DNA from: Antechinus flavipes
Lineage: Eukaryota
NCBI RefSeq assembly: GCF_016432865.1
Contig: NC_067401.1
Span: 482,918,001-482,982,000 of the forward strand
DNA length: 64,000 nt
Reading direction: 5' to 3'
In this document: positions 38,815 through 51,579 of the stretch, in pieces
Position numbering within the stretch: the stretch's first letter is position 1
Layout: each line of letters starts with the position of its first letter
The notes under the pieces: generated by a model
The model's database searches: none
Seen by the model: the letters and a program-made list of their open reading frames with translations, nothing else
Told to the model about the DNA's origin: nothing
Translations under genes and position numbers: made by a program

Positions 38815-39820
38815 TTTATTTTTTTCTGGTTACATGTATATATTCATTTTTAAATACATATTTCTTTATGAATCATGTTGGAAGAGAAAAATCAGAATGA
38901 AAAGGAAAAATCATGAGAAAAAAACAGAAAAAAAGAAGTGAATATAGCATGTGTTAATTTACATTTAATCTCTATAGCTTTTTCTCTGGATGTGGATGGC
39001 ATTTTCCATTCAAAGTCTCTTGGGATTGCCTTGGATCACTGAACTGCTGAAAAGAACCAGGTCTTTCATAGTTGATCATCACATAGTCTTGCTGTTAGAC
39101 ACTCATCAGTCTCATTTGATGCCATTGTTAGTTGTCCTGCATTATATCTTTTGTTGTTGTATTTTTCTTTATTTAAAATTTAAATGTATATATATACATA
39201 AAATACATATATGTAATATATATGTTTTATACATATATGTTAACTTTTTAAATACTCATTTCTTTATGAATCACCTTGGAAGAGAAAAATAAGAATAAAA
39301 GGTAAAAATCATGAGAAAAAAAAACCAGAAAAAAGAAGTGAATAGAGCATATGTTGATTTATATACAATCTCCATAGTTTTTTCTCTGGATGCGGATGGC
39401 ATTTTCCATTCAAAATCTATTAGGATTTGTTGGCATACGGGAGCCACCTGCCAGCGGCTGCTGGAGGTATATCATCATCCTCCTCTCACCATTCTACAGG
39501 TCTGAGTTAGACCTGTAGATTACAACAAGGATTGCCTTGACTCACTGAACCGCCAAGAAGAACCAAGTCTTTTACAGCTGATCATCACACATTTCTTGCT
39601 GTTACTGTGTACAATGTATTCCTGGTTCTGCTTGTTTCACTCAGCATCAGTTCGTGGAAATCTTTCCAGGCCTTTCTATAATCACTGAGTCCATCATTGT
39701 TCATTAGAACAACAACATTCTATTACTTTCATATACCACCATTATTCAGCCGTTCCCCGATTAATGGGCATCCAATCGGTTTCCAGTTTTTGCCACCACA
39801 GAAAGAGCCGCTACATTGTT
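38815..39820 (-). mobile_element. L1 3' fragment present as two locally duplicated pieces, the second interrupted by the 100-bp element
   Basis: Antisense L1 3' UTR 'tttttaaatacatatttctttatgaatcatgttggaagagaaaaatcag...' occurs at ~38845 and ~39245. Confidence 0.8.
39428..39527. mobile_element. 100-bp insertion with TG...CA ends, 5-bp terminal inverted repeat and 6-bp TSD (mini/deleted solo-LTR-like)
   Basis: Starts TGTTG, ends CAACA. AGGATT flanks both sides (39422-39427, 39528-39533). The paralogous empty site is at 39022-39027. Confidence 0.8.
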
Positions 39821-41448
39821 GCTCTTGTGGCTCTTCGTTCCTCCTTTGGGATAAAGTTTGTTCTGCAATCTCATCCCGGATGACATTGGGAGGGTGATGT
39901 CTCTGACCTTGTCTCAACTCTGATCCCGAGGCTGTGCCCTGGACTGTGAACTGCTTTCATTATGCTAGCAGTGCTCTGCCCCCTCCCCAGTTAGGACAGT
40001 CACCTCCCGCTAGCCAGCCCGCTTGATTTCAAAGAGCGCCTTTCACCTGGTCCGTGCTGAATGCTGACTCTCCTGCCTTTCCCATCTCGGTTCTCGAAGG
40101 AGGAGCCCTTGAAGGTATTCCTGCCCGGAGAGTAATTTGTTCTCTGTTTAATGTGGCTTTCCCCCTTGTTTACTCTGGACTCGGATCTCCCCCGCTTGTT
40201 TTCTAAGTCAGCTCCAAAGTTGCTGGTCATTGCATTTGGCAGCCTCGGCGAGCCTTTACCCACCAGAGCTCGACAGGAAGTCTGTGTCGGCCAGAGGAGT
40301 CTGTTTATTTAGAGCATGGTGTCCAGGAGAGGCGACTCGTTTATGAGCACACAGTCTTAAAGCCGCAGGAGTAATCAGGGTCTGTCTCTGGAGGACCTGT
40401 GTCAACTTGCTTTTTCCTTTCTGGGCTGCTGCTGGACCTCGGGTGGACTCTTGGTTAATAGAAAGAAGGCTGCAATTTTTTTTTTTACTGAGTCTTTTGA
40501 TTGAAATAATGAGCCATGCTTGTAATCAAACCCTTTTATATTTATAGTTAGGGACAAGTCAATCTTTTTTTAATATCCTTTCAAGGATGTGCATTTTGGT
40601 TGCTGTGGGTGGTCACTCCACGGATGCAGGTTGCAATCCCCCTTCCATTACATTGATTTTTGAGAGCTGCTATGACTGAAAAACAAAACAAAACAAAACC
40701 AAAAAAACCCCAAACAACCAAAATCTTCCCACCTGTAGGTAATATGGTTCTTGGAACTATGATGGCTCTTGGATAATAGACCCACAGCCCTGAAAGGACT
40801 GCATTTAAATCCTATTTGGGGGGGAGGGGGAATGTTCGAAGTCTGTGAATATCTACTGAGAATTTTTTACCTTCTGTATTTTTAGTTTTCTGTGGGAAAT
40901 TGATCATAGTTGGAAAGAAGGAAATAAGCAATATTAAACATTTATGATGTCCCAGGCACTATGATAAGCACTGTACAAATTTGTTTCATTTGATCCTTAT
41001 AACAATCTTAGGAGGTAGAGATGCTGGTATTATCATCCCCATTTTATATGTAAGAAAACTGAGGCAGACAGGTTAAGTGACTTATACAAGGCATGCAGTT
41101 AGTACATATCTGAATTTGGATTTGAATTCAGATCTTCCTCATTCTGAGCCAAGTGCTCTGGTCACTACAGCAGGCCACTTATTGCCAGGCGGCTAGATGA
41201 TGTACATGGGTTGATGCTTGTAGGCTTCACTAGGCAGAAACACTCAGAGAGAGCCATGTTTCTGGAAGGAGGAAGCCTGGAGTTCAAATCCAATTTCAGT
41301 TACTTATTTAGTAAATTATTTAATTTCTGTCTGCTACAATTTCCCCAACTGTAAAGTGGGGGTGATAATAGCATTTGCCTTCCAGGATTATGAGGAATAA
41401 ATGAGATAATCTTTGTTATTTAATTTATTTCCATGCAGTAGGTACTTA

Positions 41449-41671
41449 NNNNNNNNNNNNNNNNNNNNNNNNNNNNNNNNNNNNNNNNNNNNNNNNNNNN
41501 NNNNNNNNNNNNNNNNNNNNNNNNNNNNNNNNNNNNNNNNNNNNNNNNNNNNNNNNNNNNNNNNNNNNNNNNNNNNNNNNNNNNNNNNNNNNNNNNNNNN
41601 NNNNNNNNNNNNNNNNNNNNNNNNNNNNNNNNNNNNNNNNNNNNNNNNNNNNNNNNNNNNNNNNNNNNNNN
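41449..41671. other. N run (assembly gap or masked sequence, 223 nt)
   Basis: Run of n. Confidence 0.95.
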
Positions 41672-42884
41672 TGATAACAACCTAGATAGCAGTAAGGGAA
41701 AGGGTCCTGGGGATCAGAGAGGGTCTGAGAAGTGCGCACGGATGATATAGCAGAAAAACTTTCCTTTAGTTTGATAGTCCAAGGGGCACTCTTGGTTCTT
41801 GTCCAGTTGCCGGGATGAAAATCAGGTTTGGTGATCTTCCAAACCCAGAGCGGCTAGAGTTTAATTTCCAGTGCATGGGCACAGCTGGGGCTGTTTATTT
41901 TCATCTGACCGCCCCTAGAGGACCCTTTTGGACCACTGCCCCTCCCTCATGTGTTGTCCACACACAGCCCCCGAGCATTCACGTGATGCAGGAGATTAGG
42001 AGATCGTACCTCTTACTGATGGTGTAATTCTGTTCCTGCCAAGGTTAGCATCCCTCAGGGATCCTTAATCCCAGCCTTTTTGTAAGTCTGCTTCATATAC
42101 ACACGGCTCTTTACTTGTGTTTCCGGCCATCATAATGTGTGTAAAATCCTTTCCTTCTCCCTCATTTCAGATACATTTGGAGAGTCCTTTTTAGTACCTT
42201 GTTAAGTTAAGGATCTCCCTGCAAATGACACCGTGGACTATCCCACCTTCTTTTGTGGAATTCATCTCTGGGGTTCCTTTTCGGTTTCGAGTGTTTGGTG
42301 TTACATTTGGATGCAGTTCAGATCCCCTCAAATCATAAAATCTTGCAGGGCTCTTGCTAATACACTTTTCCTTCATTAAATTCTCCTTCCCTTGATTTCC
42401 CAAAAGAAACCCTGAACACTTCCAGATAGGACTCAGATTTGTTGGAGGACATGGTGAGATGTGGGCTCTTGGCTGGCCTGGAGACTTCAGAATGAGGTCT
42501 GGGCAGTTTATAAAGGCAACAGCCTCTCTTTGTCTTGGGGCCGTCACTGTGCCTACATCCAATATGTTTCCTGTTATTTCTTTTTAATAATTTGGACGTA
42601 AAGCATTCATAAAGATTTATTCTACATGTTGGCTCAAGAAATTTGTTCTTTTCCCATTGCCAGCAAAAATATGAATTGGATTTTACACATAATCCACCCC
42701 CTCTCCCCCAGACTCCTGTAAGATATAGAACAGGAAGTATTGAAATTCAATAGCACTCCACTTCGAGAATATGGTCAGCAACATGCTCATTGGTGTTTCA
42801 TTCTATTTTGTGGGTTTGTTATTATTGTTTTTGTTTGTTTAAGACCTCCCTTTGGTTTACAAGAAAGACACTCTAGTGCTGCAG

Positions 42885-43025
42885 GACTTTTTTTTTTTTC
42901 TTTTCACTAAAGCAACTGGGGTTAAGTGACTTGCCCAAGGTCACACAACTAGTAACTATTGAATGTCTGAGGCTGGATTTGAACTTAGGTCTTCCTGACT
43001 TCAGGGCCAGTTCTCTATCCACTGA
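42885..43025 (-). mobile_element. WSINE1-type SINE
   Basis: Poly-T then 'ggggttaagtgacttgcccaaggtcacacaactag...ggatttgaacttaggtcttcctgacttcagggcc'. Confidence 0.8.
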
Positions 43026-43924
43026 TTTTAAATTGGGTTGTTTTTTAATCCCTCCCTTGGACACTTTGTGATTGTGGGCTCTGTCCTTGCTCTTCTCCTC
43101 TTTCTATCTTGTTTTGTGATCCCATCACCTCTCTCAGTCATTTCTAAGTAGACGGTCTCCGTGGCCCAATCTAAGTGCTCCCTTAGGCTGCCACCTTCAG
43201 CTGGATACCACATAGACATTATAGACTCAACATCTCCAAAATCATTCTCTTTTCTCTTTGCTTTCCCTACCATCCATGGTATTTTGCCATCTTCCCATTC
43301 ACAAAGCCGTGGTACCATCTTAAGATTCCTCACTCACTTAACATCCCCACTTTGTTGCCAAATCTTGTCATTTCTACCTTCACACCTTTCCTTTCTGTCC
43401 TATTCTCTCTACTGACCCACCCATAATCCTGATTCAAACTCTTATTATCTCAAACTAAAATTGCCTTCTCTCTTCACTCTAGTTCATCATCCAGTCAGCT
43501 TGCCAATGTGATTCCCCTCCACCCAAGCATAACTAACCATATTACCTTCTTACTCAATGAACTTCATTGGCTCCCTATGACCTTTAATCTCCCATCTCTG
43601 TGACTTTCCACTACCTATACCTTCTGTTTGGAGGGCCCTGCCTGATCCCTTCCTACTCAGAGGCTAAACTTAAGTTTATCTTCTGGAAGAGATCCTTCTT
43701 CATCTCATCAGCAGTGATAACTTTCACTCTCAGATTATACTCTATTTTTTGTGAATGTTTTATATAATTTATTGATACTATATAGTTATTTTAGTTCTTA
43801 TTATTATATCCTTATTATTTAGTTATTATTAGAAATTATTTATATATCTCTCCCATTATTTTTGTTATAGCACTTAGAAAGCACTCTTCTTAAGTGCTAT
43901 AATAAGTCCTATTATATGTGCTCT

Positions 43925-44170
43925 GGGGCAGCTAGATGTCAGAGTAGATAGAGCACTGGGCCTGGAGTCAGGAAAATCTGAATTTAAACCAGGTTTCTTA
44001 CACTTATTAGCTGTGTGAGCCTGGCTAAGTTACTTAACCCTGTTTGTCTCAGTTTACTCATCTATAGAATGAGTTGGAGAAGGAAATAGCAAACTGTTCC
44101 ATTATCTTTGTCAAGCAAATCTCAAATGGAGTCACCAAAATAGAAAACAAATGAATTGACTGAACAATAA
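43925..44170 (+). mobile_element. MAR1-type CORE-SINE, full length
   Basis: 'ggggcagctagatg...gagcactgggcctggagtcagg...gttggagaaggaaatagcaaac...tgactgaacaa'. Confidence 0.8.
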
Positions 44171-45097
44171 AAAAAACCTACTCTATAATTTGACTGCTGT
44201 TGTTTCAGGTTTAAAGATGGAAGAGGATGCAAAGGTTGGCTGAGACGAAACTTTTTTTGTGTGGTCTATGCTATTCATTCTTATCTCTAGAGCTAGTTTT
44301 AAGGAGTTAGCAAATAGACTTACATGGAAAATTTCCCGTTCACATTTTCTCAATGCTACCTGTCTTTCATGAAATTTTTGTTTATATTTGAAATCCAAAG
44401 TTAACATCCCTAAATTCTATGGTTCAAAACATTTAAGACAGGATTCCAAAATAATAATAATAATGATAAAAAAATGAAGACAGAACTCTAAAATTACTAT
44501 AATGCAGAAAAGTGATAAAAAAAATAACTTCTAGTTCAATGCTAAGGATAAAACCAGAGTAACATTTACTAAGAGCTGGAAGAGCTTCTGGAATTATTAA
44601 ACTAGAAGATATCCTGAAAAAATCATTTTTTGTGGCCATTTGGGAGTATGTTTCTAACAGCTGAAAAGCTGAGTTAAGATGCATCTGATGTCTTCTCATG
44701 TGATTTTTAAAGAGATGGATTATGTAGGATCCAACTGGCCTCGAAATTCTTTTAAAAAAAGGAAAATACGGCAGGATTTCATCCTCTGATCCCAAATGAG
44801 AATTTTTAGGAGCAGTAAAACTTTCACAACAGCTTCTCGATTTCATCTAAGTAAACTAGATGACAAAAGCTTTAACAGAGTTATGTGGATGGACAATTCA
44901 TTTGTCTCTTTATATTCTCCTCTAAGGCTTTGCAATAGCTGGCATTGCCTCTTGAGCTTGAATTTCTCAAGTTCTCCCCAGTACAAGGAGTTTTCAAGGG
45001 AAGGATTAGATTTTGGTCACTTAAGAATCATCAGTTCAAGTCAGAGATTAATCCCTTGAAAAGCCAGCCATAGCAGCAGCCCATGAAGACTACCTAA

Positions 45098-45154
45098 CAT
45101 GTCAATTACTACCATGTCAGTTACTACCATGTCAATTACTACCATGTCAGTTAC
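45098..45154. repeat. 15-bp minisatellite x~4 (CATGTCARTTACTAC)
   Basis: Alternating AAT/AGT variants give a 30-bp higher-order unit. Confidence 0.9.
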
Positions 45155-45172
45155 AGAGGTGATATAGTACAT

Positions 45173-45358
45173 CAAGGTTTCTCAAATTTTTTCCCATTCA
45201 TGATCCCTTTTCACCAGAGAAATTTTTACATGACACCGGGCATATAAGTATGTAAAATAAGTACACAAATAAAAAATTCACTGATATGAAACACAATTTC
45301 TTGACCCCTATCTTCAGTTATATATATGGGGCCGCAAACCATAATTTAAGAATTAGGG
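45173..45358. mobile_element. hAT/Charlie-like MITE, short form
   Basis: Homologous to 8282-8464 ('agaaatttttacatgacaccggg...ataatttaagaa'). Confidence 0.65.
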
Positions 45359-46205
45359 AACTAGACCCATGTCCTTGGAAACCATAGTTTTCTAACTCCG
45401 TGTTTTATTTCTGGATTAATGCAGTATGGACTACATATGTGAAATAATAATTTCTTAAAAGACTGTAGAATGGAAAAATCCAGATTTAGAGGAGACAGGG
45501 AACTAAGAGACTATGTAGAGCAACTTGAGCAAATTGAGACCCAGAGAAATTTTTTTTTTAACTTTAGAGCTTTTATTCTTTTGAACTGTACAATATTTCT
45601 CCCTTCAGTTGGAAGAGACCTAAAAGACCAACTAGTCTAACTTCACCTTCTGCCAAAATCTCTTTTATAAAATTTTCTAAGATTTGGAGGTCTAAAGGAC
45701 CTCAGTTATTTATTGCCTGCGTGTGAGTAAGTCAATCATACACCCTCTTTGGCTTATCTGTGGGTTGGTTGGACTAGGTGATCTCCAGAGTTCTCTACAG
45801 GTAGTTCCTAGATCAGGCATTATTGGTGCACGTGTGTATGTGACCCTTTTAGCAGACCTTTTCTCAAAGAATGTCTTTCTATACACAAACTAAAGTGCAT
45901 AGGATTGCAAAGGAAACCAATTCCACTGAAATATTGTTATCAAAAGATTTTTAAAAGTTCAGGAAGTTCACTTTAAGGATTTCCTACTCTAAATCTAGGC
46001 TCTCCAACTTCTGAGTAAATCCCTCCATCAGTGGAAAGAACTCTCCATCCCATGGTGGCCTCTTCTACCTTGGGACATCTCTGATTGTTGGGAAATTTCT
46101 CCTTAAATTGAGCCAAAACATGTCTCTCCACCACTGACAAAAGAGTAGGATGAACCATTCAGGCAGGAATTCTTAACGTGGGTTCCAGAAATATTAAAAC
46201 ATTTT

Positions 46206-46688
46206 CAGAGAGGCCTGGAGAGACTTGAACTGGTGCTAAGAGAAATGAGCAGAACCAGGAGATCATTGCACACAGAAACAGCAAGGTTATATGGCAATCA
46301 ATTCCAATGGACATGGCTCTCTTCAACAATGAGATGATGGAGGCCAGTTCCAATGGCCTTGTGATGAAGAGAGCCATCTGCAATGAGCACTGTGGGGACT
46401 GAGTGTGGATCACAACATAATATTTTCACTCTTTTTGTTGTTATTTGCTTTGAATCTTGTTTTCTTTGTAATTTTTTTTCCTTTTTGATTTGATTTTTCT
46501 TGTACAACATGTTTGTGGAAATACGTATAGAAGAACTGCACATATTTAACAGATTTTGAATTACTTGCCATCCAGGGGAGAAGGTGGGAGGAAAGGAGGG
46601 AAAAATTTGGAACAAAAGGTTTTGCGAGGGTGAATATTGAAAATTATCTATGCAAATGTTTTGAAAATAAAAAGCTTTAATAAAAAAA
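46206..46688 (+). mobile_element. L1 3' fragment (ORF2 end + 3' UTR + A tail) interrupting an old hAT MITE
   Basis: 'ggcctggagagacttgaactggtgctaagagaaatgagcagaaccaggagatc...ttttgaaaataaaaagctttaataaaaaaa'. Confidence 0.85.
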
Positions 46689-47595
46689 TTTTGTATAACT
46701 TTCCATATGCTCAATTCCCTCTCTGTGTATGTTAATTCTATTAGACTCTCTATGGGGTCTGTCTGCTGCACATGAAAAGTGAAGAATCTCTGGGTCAGAG
46801 TTTAATTAACTGATGTGAGGCTTTTGCTAAGATAGGCAGATATTGATCCATTTTATTTGGGCAGGGTCCTATGAGAAGTTAAAAAGGAAATAACCCTCAG
46901 GGACCTTATATCCACGAAGAGTAATGAAAAGGACATAAAAGTGCCATAAGTACAAGTGACAGAAATAGCCAGACCTGCCTAACCAGCAGCAGCTGTACAA
47001 AGAGACCCCCAAGTATCGGGAATCGGAGAGGCCAAGGGGGCGGCCAAGGGGAGGGGGCTGCAGGGCCACGGCCAGAGGAATTGGAGCCAGATGGCACAAG
47101 CCTGGAAGGGCTTTGGGAGGAGGTGAGATTTGAAAGGCTGATGTCGGGGGAATTTTCCTGGAAGGAAGGGGTTGGGTGGATAGTGCAAAGCCAAGAAAAT
47201 GCCATGTGCTTCGGCTAGCAGCTGCAATACTCCTGGGTGATGGGCCCACAACTTCAGAAACTCTGGATTTCTCAGCGGCTGCCCCGCTGCCCCGTTGCCC
47301 CCACATCAGGTCCTTGGCAACGAGGACATTGCTGAGAATGGTAAGAAAAGTGGCCTGGGGGATGGGTCCTCAGAGCTTAGCCAGGCTGGCCTTCAAGGCC
47401 ATAGATGGAGCCAGCAGCAAAGCAGTAAGGGGCAAACCAAGGTCCTCAGCCCCAGATCCTTCACTCTTTCCTCCCAACCACTTCCAGCACTCCGTCTGAA
47501 ACCTTCCCTTCCTGGCAGGGCCAGAAAGGTGGTAAGAGAATGACTGATGTCATTTGCAAAAGCTTGGTGCCAATTATTGCAGGTATAGAACACTC

Positions 47596-48298
47596 CTCCT
47601 CCTCTCACCATCACCACCATTACCACCACTACTACCAATTATTACCATTACTACCTCTACATTACTAGTTACTATGAACTAGTTACTAGTTTATGAACAC
47701 CACCACCACTATTACTACCTAATTATTGTTGCTGCATTACCACTAACTGCTATTTATTACTATTACCACTACTATCACTACCACCACTACTATTATTACT
47801 TAATTACCATTACAACCATTACCACCACTACTGCTAATTACTATTTACTACTATTACTACTTCTATACTATTAGTTACTACAAATACCACCACTACCACT
47901 ATTACTATTACTACCTGATTACTATTGCTAACCACTAATTACTATTTACTACTATTACCACTACTACCACCATCACCACTGTTATTACTTAATTACCATT
48001 ACTACCATTACCACCACTACTACAAATTACTGTTACCACTACTACCACCATCACCACTGTTATTACTTAATTACCATTACTACCATTACCACCACTACTA
48101 CAAATTACCACTACTACCACCATCACTATTATTACTTAATTACCATTACTACCACCAATACCACCACTACTACTAATTACTATCTACCACTATTACTACC
48201 ATTACCATTATTTGCTATTTTTTTTTTTGCTATTACTACACTATCAATATTACAATAATACTATGACTATAACTACCACCACCATCACCACCATCATG
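47596..48298. repeat. (ACC/ACT/ATT)n trinucleotide-derived low-complexity tract with a 78-bp higher-order unit
   Basis: A 78-nt unit (26-codon repeat in ORF 47925-48176) recurs about three times at ~47946-48176. Confidence 0.9.
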
Positions 48299-49453
48299 AC
48301 CTTTGGATACTTTTTCTGTCTTCATCTTAAGGAAATCCCTGCCTGGTCTTAAAACTTCCAGAGGAGGGTCTTTAAAAAATTCTCCCTAATTAGTAGAAAC
48401 TATTCTGAGTTTAACACAGTGCTTGGCATGTGGTAGACAATAAATGTTTATTGACTGACTGATAACTCGTAATTTATATTTTCCCTATTAAATATTTTGG
48501 AGGTATTGAAGTCTATTGCTTAATACTTTGGGAAGAAAAAAAGCAAACAGATTAATAAGGAAATAGAAATAGACTGGAAGTGAGTTTCATGCCCAGTTAC
48601 TTATGAACTATTTAGGGGAAGATCTGCATTTTCAGGGCAAATTTCTAATAAACTTTATGAATTTTCAAGATAATTATTTAAAATATCTTAAAGAATTACC
48701 TTGTGATCCCCAAACCATCCCTTGGTACTCCTTTCAGAAATGTGGTATTGGCCAGAGTGTCTCCCCACTTTGAATCTAAGATGACATCTTTAATTTTCAG
48801 TTGAAAAAACTGATAAGTAAATATTTTAAATATTTAATGGTTGACTTTTGGTTTTTTTTTACAACAATCATTTCCTGACAAAGCTATGAAACAACCATTA
48901 GATTGTCAACTTCTTGAGGACAGGAACTGTCTTTTTGCCTTTTTTTTTTATTCCTAATGCTTAGCACAATATATGACATATTGTAATGACTTAATACATG
49001 TTTATTGATTGATTACTGAATGATAGACCTCCTGTGTCATCAAAACTTTCTCTTAACATAAGAAAGTAGCCAAGCAAAACCCATCTTGCTGATGGCTGAG
49101 TCTGACAATATATACAGCCATAGTGCCCTGTCTCTCCATCAGAACAAGGGAAGTGTATTTCATCATCTTTTCTCCTGGACCAAGATTGGTCATTTCTAAG
49201 TAGAGTTTGGCTGCCTTTCAGCATTACTTTTGTTTATATTATTGTCATCATTGTACTTATTGTTGTCTTGGCTCAGTCCATTTTTTTCTACTCTAGTTTA
49301 TTCAAGTCTTCCCGTACTTCTCTCCATTACTTATTTTTGTCATTTCTTATGACATAATATTCTGTGATGGCCACCTGCTCTTGTTCAACCATTGCCTAGT
49401 TCAGGGACATCCTTTTTGTTCCCTGTGGGAACATCATTAAAAAAAAAAAAACA

Positions 49454-49600
49454 TGAGGCAGCTACGTGGCGCAGTGGATAGAGCACCAGCCCCCAAGTCA
49501 GGAGGAGTTGAGTTCAAATCTGGTCTTAGACACCTAATACTTCCTAGCTGTATGACCCTGGGCAAGTCACTTAATCCCAATCACCTTAGCAAAAAAAAAA
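49454..49600 (+). mobile_element. WSINE1-type CORE-SINE, full length
   Basis: 'gaggcagctacgtggcgcagtggatagagcaccagcc...gagttcaaatc...cctgggcaagtcacttaatcccaatcaccttagcaaaaaaaaaa'; Pol III A/B-box-like motifs. Confidence 0.85.
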
Positions 49601-49604
49601 TTCA

Positions 49605-50220
49605 ATAGTATTTTATTTTTCTAATTATATGTAAAAATAATTTTTAACATTCATTTTTGTATGACTTAAGAGTTCCAGATTTTTTCTTTCTCCCTCCTTT
49701 ATCTCCTCACTCCCCCCAATTAAGCAATATGATATAGATTATACATGTACAAGCATATTTAAACATGTGAAAGAAAAAGCAAACAAATAAAAAAGGTGAT
49801 GCTAGTATGTTTTGATCCACATTCAGTCTCTGTAGTTCTTTCTGCTTGTGAAAGGCATTTTCTATCCTAGGTCTATTGGAATTGTCTTAGATCAATGTAT
49901 TGCTGAGAAGAGCTAAGTCGATTATAATTGGTCATCACGTAGTTTGGCTATTATTGTATGTAATGATCTCCTGGTTCTGCTCACTTTACTCAGCATCAGG
50001 CCTCTGAAATCATCCTGTTGGTCGTTTCTTACAGAACAATAATACTCCATAACATCCATATGCCATAACTTATTCAGCCGTTTTCCAACTGATGGGCATC
50101 CACTAAGTTCTTTGCCACTACAAAGAGGGCTGCCACAAACACTTTTGCACATAGGGGTCCCTTTCCCTTTTTATGCTCTCTGGGATACAGGCCCAGGAGA
50201 GACCCTGCTGGATCAGAAGT
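49605..50220 (-). mobile_element. L1 3' fragment (~600 bp)
   Basis: Antisense L1 3' UTR and ORF2 end ('ccataacttattcagccgttttccaactgatgggcatccac...gggtccctttccc'). Confidence 0.8.
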
Positions 50221-51579
50221 GTTAGCCCTTTGGACCGAGGGGAACCTACTTTGAAAGGGAATCTGTAATTGATTAAATCCTAGATCTAAAACTGGAAGCA
50301 ACCTAAGAGGTCACTTAGTGCAGCACTTCCCTTTTTTAGCAGATAAAGAAACTGAGGGCAAAGAAGGGGAAGCTGCTTCCTTGCCCATATTCCCCTCTGG
50401 ACTAGCTGAGTCTGGGAGGATTCTCTCGAGCCCTCTGACCCCAAATTCTGCATCCCTTCCAGCGTGCCATGCTCCTAATTCAAGGGATTGCAGCATCATG
50501 TTCAGTTTCACATGTGTTCTAACAAAGTGAACTCTTTGGGGGATGGGGAAGGAGGTTATTCTTTGGCAAAAAATTTGATTTCTTTCTTTCCCATCCTATC
50601 CCAGCATTGAAAGTGCAACTCCCAGAAAATAGGCTTGCTTTAAACAAAGGTGCCTTCTCAGTCCTCCATGAATGCATCACTTACTGTGTTTAATTATTTT
50701 TTCTTCTGTTCTTTGTATTGTCCACATGACAAATCAGACTGTCTCAGCATCAAGCAGGGCAATATTCTCTCCATCACTGGGCATCCAGAAAAGCAACCCT
50801 GTGCTTTACGCTTGTCCTGTGGCTTTTTGGATGTAAGATTACAACAGCATGGTTCAGAATGCTAGTTCTTAAATTTTGATGTTGGGAAAGAACTTTTTTC
50901 CCATAACTTGAGAATTGGAAACACAAAACTTTTAATTGTAACCAGAATAATGGAGGACATGGGTATAATTAATGGCAGGTGTAATTAAAAACTAGCACTT
51001 GGGTGACCTGAGCTGGAGTCCAGTCTCTGTAAGAAACTAGACCTCCAGCAAGTAATTTGCCCTTTCTGGGTCTCAGTTGCTTTATCTGTCATATGAGAAA
51101 GTTTGATAATGTCTTCCAACTCAAAAATTTAATTTGGTTGTTTGTTCATAAATTCCTCAAATGGGCGTGGTAGGAGGAAAAGTGGTAAAACATAAATTTA
51201 ATTTTGGGTTTAGCTTTTTTCCTCTCCTAGAATCTGTTTTCTAGAACTTTTAACAAGTAATTCAATGGGTTGGGTTCACTCTTGTTCTGCCTTTGCTTGT
51301 GCTTTTCTAATCGACTAGTGACTAATGATGAGAAGTGACAGTTTTCTAGTGTCTGAAGATCTGCAAAGTGCTTTCCATTGATTTTTCTGACTTGAGCGAT
51401 AACCCTATGAGATTGATGATGTTATAGATTTTATTAAGCTTGTGACAGGAAGAAAAAAATTAATCAAAAGAGCTGGCCAATTCATAAATTGCATAAAGAC
51501 CCAGCCAATGTCCATTCACGGGAAGTTAGCTAGTAGATTTAAACAATTTTTTACTCATTGGTGGTGGTGGTTGTTTTTT

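Noticed and set aside
45098-45154. Short direct repeats that could suggest a CRISPR-like array (also 56449-56629)
   Set aside because: Head-to-tail units without unique spacers, in a mammalian intron; ordinary minisatellites.
46869-47638. Cluster of overlapping 80-145 aa ORFs
   Set aside because: GC-rich decayed-repeat sequence with few stops; no recognisable protein.
47925-48176. His/Tyr/Leu-rich repetitive ORF
   Set aside because: Translation of a simple-repeat tract.
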